From positions 32,001 through 96,000 of the IMG/VR virus record IMGVR_UViG_3300032322_001517: a stretch of DNA of 64,000 nt; one strand, written 5' to 3'. Source of the DNA: a virus. This document shows positions 25,718-35,254 of this stretch, piece by piece; positions within the stretch are counted from its first letter, which is position 1; every line of letters starts with the position of its first letter. The translations under genes were made by a program, and so were the position numbers. The notes under the pieces were generated by a model that was not told the DNA's origin, made no database searches, and saw only the letters and a list, made by a program, of their open reading frames with translations.

Positions 25718-27169
25718 TTAGATAGTCAATGCTACTTTATAGATCTTGTATTCAAACTTCTCTTCGTTGTAAGTCTTAATACGTTCCATAAAATGGAGAA
25801 GAGTGTAATTTTTCTTAGTTTTCCAAGACATATCGTCAGCAATATCAAATAGAGTAGCTGAATCTTTAGTATCCGACTTACGTAGTCCTCTACCAATCGA
25901 CTGTAAGTTTCTTACCTTCGATTTCGAAGGCGAAGCAAATATAACGTTGTGGAGGTTCTTGATGTTAACACCAGTGGAAAATGTACCAAACGATGCAACG
26001 ATGATAGAATTCTTTTCAGTTTCTACTATCTTACGTATACGTTCTCTATCATCTCCATCAACTTCGCCGGAAACATAGAATACTTTCTTATCGCCAGCTT
26101 CTCTCTGAATCATATCATGTAAAACTTTACCATGTTTTTCCACGAACTGAAACAGCAACAGAGTGTTACCTTCTAAGGATAGAGTAAGATTCTTGATGAA
26201 ATTATTGCGTGCTTGAAGTTTGACAATATAATCTATCTCTGCCTGATAGTCAGAAGCTCTAGTAATCATCTGACGTATTTCGTCAGGATATGTAAGAACT
26301 ATTGCTTTGATCTTGAAAGCAGCGAGGTGCTTTTGCTCAATGAGTTCTGCTGTTGTTGTAACTCTTCTAACGGGTCCGAAAAGTCCTTCAAGAACAAGCT
26401 TGTGAGTTTGTGTGCCATCCAAGGTGCCAGTAAAACCAAAGCGATACTTGCAAGTATCCAGCTTACTGAGAATAGAAGTGAGTGACTTAGCTTTAAATAA
26501 ATGCGCTTCATCGCCTATGACCACATCAAATTGTTGGAAATATTCTTTAGGAAGTTTATAAATCGATTGCCAGGTTGAGATGGTAATTTGTTTATCTGTT
26601 TGTTTATCTTGCCCTGCGTAGATTCTATGGACATGCTTATTGGCATCAAAACCATAATCAGCAAAGTCACTGGCAAGCTGACTAACAAGAGAAGTAGTTG
26701 GCACAATAATAAGAGTACGGGCATTATAGTACCTCGTTATAAGATAGATAATAAACGACTTACCGGAAGCCGTCGGAGATAATAACAAAGCTCGACGCTC
26801 TCTTACTGCATGTACAAAAGCGTCGAGCTGATAATCTCTTGGTTGTAGTTTTAAATTTAATTTGTTTGTATATTCTTTAGCTTCTTTAATAGAAAATTCT
26901 TCGCTTGAATTATCGTAATCGTATTCTATTTCGTATTTTCTTGACTTACAAAACTCTTCTAGATACTTTGTTAAACCGACATATAAAGTACAAGTTAAAG
27001 CATTGAACAATCTTATTTTTCCATCCCAGATTTTATTTCTAAAAGCTGGCATAAATTTAGCTCCTGGTACATCAAAGGTGAAATAATCATTCAACTCATA
27101 TGCTGTACTAGGTTCGCATTCAATCTTATTATATATTTCGTCTAACTTATGTATTACAATTTTTTCCAT
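25718..27169 (-). CDS. uvsW: DNA helicase UvsW
   Basis: WDGKIRLF, PTASGKS, DEAH, QSIGRGLR. Confidence 0.96.
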   Translation of the reverse strand: MEKIVIHKLDEIYNKIECEPSTAYELNDYFTFDVPGAKFMPAFRNKIWDGKIRLFNALTCTLYVGLTKYLEEFCKSRKYEIEYDYDNSSEEFSIKEAKEYTNKLNLKLQPRDYQLDAFVHAVRERRALLLSPTASGKSFIIYLITRYYNARTLIIVPTTSLVSQLASDFADYGFDANKHVHRIYAGQDKQTDKQITISTWQSIYKLPKEYFQQFDVVIGDEAHLFKAKSLTSILSKLDTCKYRFGFTGTLDGTQTHKLVLEGLFGPVRRVTTTAELIEQKHLAAFKIKAIVLTYPDEIRQMITRASDYQAEIDYIVKLQARNNFIKNLTLSLEGNTLLLFQFVEKHGKVLHDMIQREAGDKKVFYVSGEVDGDDRERIRKIVETEKNSIIVASFGTFSTGVNIKNLHNVIFASPSKSKVRNLQSIGRGLRKSDTKDSATLFDIADDMSWKTKKNYTLLHFMERIKTYNEEKFEYKIYKVALTI

Positions 27170-27600
27170 TATGTTCCCATAGTAAACTTTCTATAATCAA
27201 TAGCAGCTTTAATATTATAACCTCTGTATTGAAAAGATTTTATTATAGATTCTAAAAATTCGATTTTTTCTTGTTGATAACCTATCTTTAATGAATGTTC
27301 AACAATTTCTTTATCTGCTTCTATGTAAGAAGGTATATCTGATTTTAATATCATACCCCTAGCTGGGAGTTTCCAATGCTTAGGAGTATCTTCGTTTGGA
27401 CCTTGTGTATAAAATTCTACCTTATCTAGTTTTAGTTTTTTAAATTCAGCTTCGTATTTTCTTAAAAGTAATTTTTCTTTTATGTAAATCTCATAATACT
27501 TATGATGAAGCTTGGCAATTTTGATAGCTTCAATATCCAGATCAGCTGTATCTATTTTAGAATCAACTTCCCAGAGAGCTAAAATTTCATCAATATTCAT
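27169..27600 (-). CDS. uvsY: recombination mediator UvsY
   Basis: WEVDSKID, KLHHKY, IKAAIDYRKF; synteny. Confidence 0.9.
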   Translation of the reverse strand: MNIDEILALWEVDSKIDTADLDIEAIKIAKLHHKYYEIYIKEKLLLRKYEAEFKKLKLDKVEFYTQGPNEDTPKHWKLPARGMILKSDIPSYIEADKEIVEHSLKIGYQQEKIEFLESIIKSFQYRGYNIKAAIDYRKFTMGT

Positions 27601-27659
27601 TGCTTTACTTTCCTTTAAAACCTTAGTATTATTATACTATAGATCCTCGAAAAGTAAAG

Positions 27660-28184
27660 TTATATCTTGGTTATTGTGTAAATTGTGTATCTAAATTCTA
27701 CTCTAGCCTCTAGATATTTTACGTCAGTATTAGTTGTATTAAAAGTCATAGCAGATAAAGTAGTTGGAAACGCATCGATAAAAGCTATATCGTAATTTGG
27801 CATTTTAGTGCTTGATAAAACTATTAATGATATATCAGAATATAAACCTTTACCGCTACCAGGAGGAGCGTTTTGTAGAGCTTCGTAATCGCCGTCTCTA
27901 CCATAATCTCCTAAAGCTTTAATCCAATTGAATATTTCTAGATAATTTTGTAAATCTTCATCAACTTTAAACTTCAAACTTAAAGGAGAAAAAGTAACAT
28001 GTTCTCCATGTATTGGAATATTAATTAAAATGTTGGAATAAACAGGAGTAGGATTAATAGATATTTGAGGTAAGATAACTTCTTGTAAAAAAAAGTTCAT
28101 ATGTGGCGCTCTTTTTAAGACGAGCTTAAAATTAAGCGGTGATAAAAAGTTTTTGTTTTCCGGTATATTTTCTATAGCAGTCAT
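27660..28184 (-). CDS. 3: tail completion / sheath stabilizer gp3
   Basis: NFLSPLNF, VDEDLQNYLEIFNWI, DAFPT; start revised from 28196 (GGAGG RBS). Confidence 0.88.
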   Translation of the reverse strand: MTAIENIPENKNFLSPLNFKLVLKRAPHMNFFLQEVILPQISINPTPVYSNILINIPIHGEHVTFSPLSLKFKVDEDLQNYLEIFNWIKALGDYGRDGDYEALQNAPPGSGKGLYSDISLIVLSSTKMPNYDIAFIDAFPTTLSAMTFNTTNTDVKYLEARVEFRYTIYTITKI

Positions 28185-28203
28185 AGTAACCTCCAATTAT
28201 CAT

Positions 28204-28211
28204 TATTTATA
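28204..28211 (-). promoter_or_regulatory. late promoter for gp3
   Basis: TATAAATA. Confidence 0.7.
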
Positions 28212-28213
28212 AT

Positions 28214-28238
28214 AAAAAAAGGGGAGCCGTAGCTCCCC
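28214..28238 (-). terminator. terminator after major capsid gene
   Basis: GGGGAG-cUACGg-CTCCCC plus T7. Confidence 0.88.
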
Positions 28239-28274
28239 TCGGATAGTTGTCGATCTTTTGATCGCTTTATTATC

Positions 28275-29633
28275 TTACATAAGATTGTTAACAATAACGC
28301 GACGATAGTACTTGTTAGTGCTAATGGTAGTAGTACGACCATTACCCTTAGTAAGACCTTCAGCGAATGGGTTTGCAACCATGCCGTAACGAGTCTTAAA
28401 GCCAATCTTAGGCTGGAAGCTGTCCTGGTCAACAGCACGTACCATCTGTAGTGGAACGTATGGGCAATAGAAGAGACCTGCGTCGAATGCAGAAGAACCC
28501 TTATAACCAACAGTCAAGTAGTTACCACCGATTGCGTATGGGTCGATGTAAACACGGAGACGACCGTTAAGAACACCAGCGAAAGTGTTACCAGTGTCGT
28601 CTACCTGGAGGTTGTTTGAGTTAAGAGCAGGAGCGTAGTCAAGAACACCAGCCATCTGTAGAGCGGAAGCAACGTCCGAAGAACAGATAACGATGTTACC
28701 CTTACCACGACGAGTCTGCTTAGCAATCTGGTTAGCTTCGCGTTCTAGCTGGAACATAAGACCCTTGAACTTTTCAACTGACCAACGACCGTTTGAGTCA
28801 GTGTCAAGATCGAAAATACCAGCAGTTGTAGTATTTTCCTGAGCACCAGCTTCAGCAGTGATGTTGATAGTACGAACTACTTCACGGTTAATTTCAGCAA
28901 GAATTTCAGCTGAAAGAATGTTAGCAAGTTCAGTTTCTGCGTCTAGACCATGGATTGCCTTAAGATCCTGGGCAAGTTCCATAGTGTACTCTGCCTTGAG
29001 AGCGCGAGTGTTAGCAGTTACAGTAACCTTCTCGATTGAGAAAGCCATCTGTGGGAATGCTGCGTTACTAGTAGTACCAAGAGCTTCAGCCTGAGCACGA
29101 GCCATACCAACACCAGTGTTATAGGTGTTAACAGCAGTAAGAGGTGAAGTGTTAGTTGCGCCTGGGATAGTACCAATGAAACGGCTACCTAGAACGTTGT
29201 TAGCACCAGTTGGAACAGTTGAGAACGCAGTGTTAACTTCGTTGTAGAATGTTTCATCGCCAGTCTGGTTGCTGTAGCGTGAACGCATAGCAAAGATAAG
29301 TCCAGTTGGACCAGTCATTGGCTGAACACCGCAGATGTCATAAGCCATAAGGTTTGGCATTGCACGGCGAACGAGAGAGATAAGAACTGGGTCGAAAGTA
29401 TCGATACCACCAGCGCCAGCTGTTGAGCTTGATGCGCCCATGAAGTTTACAGGAATATCACCTTCTGTAAGAGTCTGATACTGACCATGAGCAGCTGCTT
29501 CTCTGAGAGACTTTTCAGTGTTCTCAAGCATAACAGCAGTTACTGAACGACGGTGAGCGTCCTTGATAACGCCAAGAGCGTCATGGTCAAGAACTGGTGC
29601 CCACTTATTTTGAATTTCCTCAGCTAGATACAT
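28275..29633 (-). CDS. 23: major capsid protein gp23
   Basis: DPVLISLVRRAMP, GVQPMTGPTGLIFAMR, FYCPYVPL, FQPKIGFKTRYG. Confidence 0.99.
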   Translation of the reverse strand: MYLAEEIQNKWAPVLDHDALGVIKDAHRRSVTAVMLENTEKSLREAAAHGQYQTLTEGDIPVNFMGASSSTAGAGGIDTFDPVLISLVRRAMPNLMAYDICGVQPMTGPTGLIFAMRSRYSNQTGDETFYNEVNTAFSTVPTGANNVLGSRFIGTIPGATNTSPLTAVNTYNTGVGMARAQAEALGTTSNAAFPQMAFSIEKVTVTANTRALKAEYTMELAQDLKAIHGLDAETELANILSAEILAEINREVVRTINITAEAGAQENTTTAGIFDLDTDSNGRWSVEKFKGLMFQLEREANQIAKQTRRGKGNIVICSSDVASALQMAGVLDYAPALNSNNLQVDDTGNTFAGVLNGRLRVYIDPYAIGGNYLTVGYKGSSAFDAGLFYCPYVPLQMVRAVDQDSFQPKIGFKTRYGMVANPFAEGLTKGNGRTTTISTNKYYRRVIVNNLM

Positions 29634-29671
29634 TTAAGTTTCCTTTCTTTTATAACTAGGATTCTAATTTT

Positions 29672-29679
29672 TATTTATA
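29672..29679 (-). promoter_or_regulatory. late promoter for gp23
   Basis: TATAAATA. Confidence 0.75.
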
Positions 29680-29684
29680 AAAAC

Positions 29685-30725
29685 TTATTTCTTAACAGTT
29701 TTCGAGATAGCCTGTACATAACGATTTACTTGTGGATCGATATGATGAGTGCTTTCTGTCAATTCGCCTTCAAAAGTTTCTTCTTCAATATTTGAAGAAT
29801 TGAATGAAGCTTCGCCCTTGAAATAATTTTCTTTGATGATTCTCAACTTCTTTTCATAAGTTTCAAGATTACCATCAAACTCGATACCTTCAGCAAGAGC
29901 TGCGAACTTTTCCTGCTGTGTTAGTGCAAGGTCAGAAGAAAGACCTTCGAAAATTTCATGAGCATGAGATTCTACAAGAACACCCTTTAACTCAGTATTT
30001 TCTAGGATTACTTCATCGAGTTTACCTTCAAGTGCTTCTACCTTTTCAGCTAGAGCTTCAATAACGTCAACCTTTTCCTGAGGAATATTGATAAAATGCT
30101 CAGCGAAAAGATTCTTCAAACCTTCCATAAACTCTTCAGTGAGTTCGTTACGAAGAGTTGATTCAATAGCTACTTCATTATCGCTCATCCATTGTTCCAC
30201 AACATAATCGAGATAAGAATCTAGTCTAGAGTTAACTTCATTTTGGAACTGAGCTAGTTCTTCCTGAAGCATTAATTCATATTCTTCTTCAAGGCGAGCA
30301 GTTTCCAAAGTCAAGCGAGCAGAAACAGCAGCTTCGAATAGAGTTTCTACGCTTTCCTTAAATTCTTCTGAGAGGTCGTGTCCAGCAAACATTTCTTCAA
30401 TGTCTTCCTTAACATTAACCTTACCCTTCATTGCAATAGTTGCAGCGTTTTTCTTTGAATTGTCGCCAACGCCATAGTCTTTATTTGGTCCAAACTGTGA
30501 CATAGTAGCAGCAAATTTGTTTAGGTCATCTTTTGACATACCACCAGCTGCTGACATAATTGAACTCAACAAGCCCAATTTCGATTTATCATCAGAAACT
30601 GACTTTGCTCCTGGCTTCAATGTGCTAGCAGCAAGAGTTTCTTCATCAAGTTCTTCATCAGCCTCAGACGCGTCAACCTGATCAACGATATCGTCTTCTA
30701 GCTCATTAGTTCTTTTGTTAGCCAT
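29685..30725 (-). CDS. 22: prohead core scaffold gp22
   Basis: acidic coiled coil, LDSYLDYVVEQW, IKENYF. Confidence 0.93.
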   Translation of the reverse strand: MANKRTNELEDDIVDQVDASEADEELDEETLAASTLKPGAKSVSDDKSKLGLLSSIMSAAGGMSKDDLNKFAATMSQFGPNKDYGVGDNSKKNAATIAMKGKVNVKEDIEEMFAGHDLSEEFKESVETLFEAAVSARLTLETARLEEEYELMLQEELAQFQNEVNSRLDSYLDYVVEQWMSDNEVAIESTLRNELTEEFMEGLKNLFAEHFINIPQEKVDVIEALAEKVEALEGKLDEVILENTELKGVLVESHAHEIFEGLSSDLALTQQEKFAALAEGIEFDGNLETYEKKLRIIKENYFKGEASFNSSNIEEETFEGELTESTHHIDPQVNRYVQAISKTVKK

Positions 30726-30758
30726 TAGAAAGGTCTCCTTTTAAAGAATTTAAATTAT

Positions 30759-31436
30759 TTATATGTTTTTATTTTTTGAGGCTAATGAAGATAAAAACTC
30801 TTCAAAAATAGCCAAACGTTGTTCTTCTAATTTTTTAGATGATAATCTATGAACTGATTTTTTGATTGACTCTGCTTTTTCTTGCAACCAAACACCATTA
30901 GCTTCATCATAGAACCATTCTACATTTTCCATAATACCTTTAACAAAAGCTTCTGGTGCTGAAGGATCAGCAACAATGTCAGCAGCTGTTGAAAGTTTAA
31001 GATCGCTCTGAACAACCATAACTCCACGTTCTTCTTTAAGAGAACCCATAGCTCTAGAAGAAACACCAAGCTGACCGCCTGACTCCATAATACCACGAGC
31101 AATATTGCCCATTGGCGTTTCGGTAATTTTAGCTTTACCAATAAAGTTGTTCTTATCTCTTTTTAGTTCAGTGATAATATGAGATACACGATCAAGATTA
31201 ATTGATGGACCAGAAGGATGACCTAGTTCGCCGTAAGCACGGTTATGTGATACGACCTCTGTCATATAACGCTTAACTTCGCTCTCAAGAACATTGATAG
31301 GATACATACGACCGTTACGGTTTTTGATTTCTGCCTGAAGGAAAATACCCTCAATGTACATATCCTTCTTGCCAGACTTTTCGTTGGCTTCAGTAACGTA
31401 CTGAACATTTTCTGTAAGTTCTGTAATGAGTTTCAT
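30759..31436 (-). CDS. 21: prohead protease gp21
   Basis: NRNGRMYP, GELGHP, GVSSRAMGS, DIVADPSAPEA; start revised from 31466. Confidence 0.96.
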   Translation of the reverse strand: MKLITELTENVQYVTEANEKSGKKDMYIEGIFLQAEIKNRNGRMYPINVLESEVKRYMTEVVSHNRAYGELGHPSGPSINLDRVSHIITELKRDKNNFIGKAKITETPMGNIARGIMESGGQLGVSSRAMGSLKEERGVMVVQSDLKLSTAADIVADPSAPEAFVKGIMENVEWFYDEANGVWLQEKAESIKKSVHRLSSKKLEEQRLAIFEEFLSSLASKNKNI

Positions 31437-31437
31437 T

Positions 31438-31683
31438 TTATCCTCTATAAGCAGAAGCTGTAGCAAAAACTGCTACGTTTGACGCTATTGTATCTGTTGG
31501 GTTCTTAGAAACAAAAATGTATTGATTAGCAGGAATAGTAAATGTTCCTAGTGTTGTTCCTGTATTGGAAGCAACAGTGATCAAGGCTGCTGATGGTGCA
31601 CCAATATAAACAATCGGTGAGTTGTAAACATTATTAGCAGTAGTTAAAGATATTTGATTAGCTGATGCTTTAATAATATTCAT
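31438..31683 (-). CDS. small hypothetical (probable virion) protein
   Basis: 81-aa ORF in head operon. Confidence 0.65.
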   Translation of the reverse strand: MNIIKASANQISLTTANNVYNSPIVYIGAPSAALITVASNTGTTLGTFTIPANQYIFVSKNPTDTIASNVAVFATASAYRG

Positions 31684-32564
31684 TATACTCTTCCTGTATC
31701 GCCAACCATGCTACTTGGAGTAGCAACGTGAGTATCTGCTTGTTCGCTCTTCATAGCCTTTTTACGGATGTAGGCAAAGTAAACTTTTTTGCCTTTTTCA
31801 TCACCATACTGCTTTTGCATATTGGCTTTCATACCTGAATCGTCGTATTTTGACTTTAGCTTCTCTTCTCTTTTTTTGTCAGCTGCAGTCATTTCGCGTT
31901 CTTCAATTTTCTTTCTATCAGTGATAAGCTGACGACCTTCCTTTTTCTTACCATTATATCTTGGCTCTTTATCTGTAGCGCCAGCTGACTTGTCCTCTGA
32001 ACAAGACTTCATGCCATGTACTTCGCACATAGTACCAGCTTCTGTCATATTACATTTAGAATCTTCTGTCATTTCAGTTGCATAATAATCAGCAGCTGTT
32101 TGGATATAATCTTTAGCTAAAGTAATTTTCGACTGAACCCATTCAGGAAGATTAGTATCTGGCTTCAACATACCCATAAGTTGCTGAGAGTGATTCATAA
32201 TAGACTTAATTTGGGAGATAGCCATCTCGCCTTCATAGTCATACTCTCTAGTATCCTTAGCTTCATTTGCTAACTTGTAAGCAGTTTTAGCTTTTGGATC
32301 TGGGTCATGACCATGGCGTTCCATCTTAGCTTTTTTTACCTTAGAGGCATTGTAAATATCATCATCATTTCCTACACGATCTGGAAATTTTTCAGTTTTA
32401 TGAAGAGCAACAAAATCTCTTTCGTCCTTCATTTTACCAGCATAATCTACGCCTGGATCATCACCAGTTGAACCTGGAACAATTTTAGGAGTTCCTATTG
32501 CACCATAAATGCGTGTACTAGATTTGTTTACACCTTTAAGAATATCACTAAGATCCTTAGCCAT
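31683..32564 (-). CDS. head-operon hypothetical protein (prohead core-like)
   Basis: between portal and protease; LPEWVQSKITLA motif. Confidence 0.65.
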   Translation of the reverse strand: MAKDLSDILKGVNKSSTRIYGAIGTPKIVPGSTGDDPGVDYAGKMKDERDFVALHKTEKFPDRVGNDDDIYNASKVKKAKMERHGHDPDPKAKTAYKLANEAKDTREYDYEGEMAISQIKSIMNHSQQLMGMLKPDTNLPEWVQSKITLAKDYIQTAADYYATEMTEDSKCNMTEAGTMCEVHGMKSCSEDKSAGATDKEPRYNGKKKEGRQLITDRKKIEEREMTAADKKREEKLKSKYDDSGMKANMQKQYGDEKGKKVYFAYIRKKAMKSEQADTHVATPSSMVGDTGRV

Positions 32565-32568
32565 TTAA

Positions 32569-32784
32569 TTAATCCTCTTCGTATTCTTGTTCTGTTTCTG
32601 GATCATTATATTCTTCAGGGTCATAACCATACATTTGCTGGGCTATTTCGATTTTTTTATTTTCTATAGCAGTATGCAACTTATCAACTATTAAGTTGCC
32701 AAAGGCTGATTCAAAATCTAAAGGTTTTTGTTCAACAGCAGAAACTATTAAATCAGTAGTATCATATTTATTATTATCAGTCAT
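32569..32784 (-). CDS. prohead core protein gp67-like
   Basis: small acidic ORF directly after portal. Confidence 0.6.
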   Translation of the reverse strand: MTDNNKYDTTDLIVSAVEQKPLDFESAFGNLIVDKLHTAIENKKIEIAQQMYGYDPEEYNDPETEQEYEED

Positions 32785-32800
32785 TTATTCACCTCAATAG

Positions 32801-34555
32801 TTATTGCGCGCCCAAACTATTTGCTATTTCTTTATTTTTAGCTATAATTTGAACTGCTTGTTTATACTTAGATTGATCTTGGATAGAGCGATTATTTACG
32901 CCCTTTTCTTTCATTTGCTTCACAAAAATCATAGCTTGGCGCACTCGTTCCATTTTATTATCCTCATCAGGAGGTTGCTGTTGATCTTGTGGCATACCTT
33001 GCTGTTCAGGAGGAACTTGTGGTTGCATTTGTTGAGCGTTTTGCTCAATAGCAGGATTTAACCAACGAGGATCGCCAGATTTATTTTCTTCTACTATTTC
33101 TTGATCGTTAGTTTCAATATCGTCGTCAGACTGCTGGAGAATATTTTCTCTAATCCATTTATGCGAATAATACTTGCCAGCGAAATCTTGAATCTGACCT
33201 GCAAGATTAATACGATTAGAAATAATTTCAGCGTCTTTAAGTTCGGTGAAATAATTGTCCTTAGCGAAATCGTACTTAATTTGACCCGAAATAGAAGCCC
33301 AATCTTCTGGAGTAGTAATACCTTTAAGAACTAACTGCCTTTCTAACATTTTTGTAAATAAAACAGAAAATCTAGCACGAAGTCTAACTACAAAACGGTT
33401 AAACTTTAATTCGTCTCTAGTAATTTCCGTTGCTCTGCCCAATGAATACATTGAGTCAGAGTTCAAACGATTTACTGGAACGTTAAGTGTCTGGAGAAAT
33501 TTTTTTTGGAAGTAGAGAACATCATCCATCTGACCTAAGTTCTGACCACCAGGAAGGGTAGTAACCTCCGTACCTCTTCCGCCCTCTCTTCTTGGAAGCC
33601 AATAGTCTTCCAACATAGTCATAAACTTACGATCATCTCTAATTTCGCCAGACGACGCGTCATAGATCAAACGATTTTTATGTTTGACCATAATGTCGCG
33701 TACATATTGTTCAGCTTTCATCTTTGGCAAATTACCAACATCGATATACCAAATACGACGTTCTGGCGCTCTTGCCAATCTGTAGATAACCAAAGCGTCT
33801 TCAAGAGTTCTTAACTGATTAATAGCCTTGATTGCTTTGTGAAGATATGAAAGTACCATTGTACCTTGGTTATCTGTCAAACCTGATACAATGTGCAAAA
33901 TAGAATCTTTAGCAATTTTCAAACCAGTTGTTGATGGTCCGATTGCCTTGTTACCGTAGTTAAACCCTTTGTCATTAAAAATGAAATATTCGTTAACAGT
34001 TTTTGTAACTGTTGTATCAGCAGGATTATCAGTTCCTCTGATTCTTTTTCTTTGAACTTCTCTGATTTTACGGATTTTTCTAGGATCGATATAACGTATT
34101 TCTTTAATACCGTCTTTTGGATTTTTTTCGTCGATAACAACGTGATAATATAAACGACCATCGATATACCAACGACGGTAAATTTCATAAGCGTATTTGT
34201 TAAATTCTAAAATATTTAAACAGTTTTCGAATTCAGTTTTGATTATTTTTTTAACAGGATCTGAAATTTTAACTTCGTCTAAATTAATTTCAACCAATTC
34301 TTTTTCGTCAATAGAAATAGATTCGTTGATAATTTCGTCAATCGCAGCATCACATTCTGGCTGTAATGCCATTTCTCTATATCTTGTAACTAACTCTGCT
34401 TCTGATCTTACTGTACCATCAAGGTCTACATAAGTACCATAAGCTCCTCCAGCTGTAATGACTGTAGAGCCATCATCTGACTCTTTAGGAGGAGCAAAAG
34501 AAGGTAGTTCTTCTTTTACCTTACGTTTAAATTCGAAACCAAATAACTCTGCCAA
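32801..34555 (-). CDS. 20: portal protein gp20
   Basis: YRLARAPERRIWYIDVGNLPK, EDYWLPRREGGRGTE. Confidence 0.98.
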   Translation of the reverse strand: MAELFGFEFKRKVKEELPSFAPPKESDDGSTVITAGGAYGTYVDLDGTVRSEAELVTRYREMALQPECDAAIDEIINESISIDEKELVEINLDEVKISDPVKKIIKTEFENCLNILEFNKYAYEIYRRWYIDGRLYYHVVIDEKNPKDGIKEIRYIDPRKIRKIREVQRKRIRGTDNPADTTVTKTVNEYFIFNDKGFNYGNKAIGPSTTGLKIAKDSILHIVSGLTDNQGTMVLSYLHKAIKAINQLRTLEDALVIYRLARAPERRIWYIDVGNLPKMKAEQYVRDIMVKHKNRLIYDASSGEIRDDRKFMTMLEDYWLPRREGGRGTEVTTLPGGQNLGQMDDVLYFQKKFLQTLNVPVNRLNSDSMYSLGRATEITRDELKFNRFVVRLRARFSVLFTKMLERQLVLKGITTPEDWASISGQIKYDFAKDNYFTELKDAEIISNRINLAGQIQDFAGKYYSHKWIRENILQQSDDDIETNDQEIVEENKSGDPRWLNPAIEQNAQQMQPQVPPEQQGMPQDQQQPPDEDNKMERVRQAMIFVKQMKEKGVNNRSIQDQSKYKQAVQIIAKNKEIANSLGAQ

Positions 34556-34607
34556 ATTTTATACTCCAAAATGGAGGGGCGATTAACCCCTCCTAATCAC
34601 ATTAAAA

Positions 34608-35222
34608 TTAAGCTGGTCCTGCAGGACCATCAACATCAACTAATCCACCGTAATTATTTACGCCACCAGCCTTCTTATCAGAAGATTCAATAGCTGGTAC
34701 CCAGTAATCGTAAGCAAAAGTAACACTGAATTCTTCAATAGCATTAGCACTATCCCAGTTCAAACCAATTGAACCAATTGCTGTTGGGAATGCGCCAACA
34801 AGCTGGTAGGAACGGATTACTCCACCATCCTTAGCGTACTGAATAACTTCTAGGTCCACCTTGTACTGTTCAGCTGAAAGAGCTGGGTCGCGAACGTTAG
34901 AAACATGGCGGTTAAGAGCGTTAGACCAAGCTTCAAACATAGCACGAACTGAGAAGTCTTCGTCGTTTAGTACGCTTACTGACCAATCAGCAAAAGCTCT
35001 TTCGCCAGCAACTTTAATTCTACGACCGAAGTATGGAACATCGATAGAAGAAACAGTTGACTCTGGCAATTCAGCTGTTTTACACAGAAAACGAAACTTG
35101 TTAACTGAAACAGTATCGATACCGATACCTGCTGGCGCGCTCATGAATACTTGGAATAGAGATGGTCTGGCACCACCGTATACCAGACCATTAGATTTGA
35201 AAGCGTCAATATTAAATGGCAT
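34608..35222 (-). CDS. 19: tail tube protein gp19
   Basis: GGARPSLF, VPYFGRRIKVAGER, IEEFSVTFAYDYW. Confidence 0.95.
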   Translation of the reverse strand: MPFNIDAFKSNGLVYGGARPSLFQVFMSAPAGIGIDTVSVNKFRFLCKTAELPESTVSSIDVPYFGRRIKVAGERAFADWSVSVLNDEDFSVRAMFEAWSNALNRHVSNVRDPALSAEQYKVDLEVIQYAKDGGVIRSYQLVGAFPTAIGSIGLNWDSANAIEEFSVTFAYDYWVPAIESSDKKAGGVNNYGGLVDVDGPAGPA

Positions 35223-35254
35223 TTATTTTACTCCTTTGAGTTTTAATCTATTTA

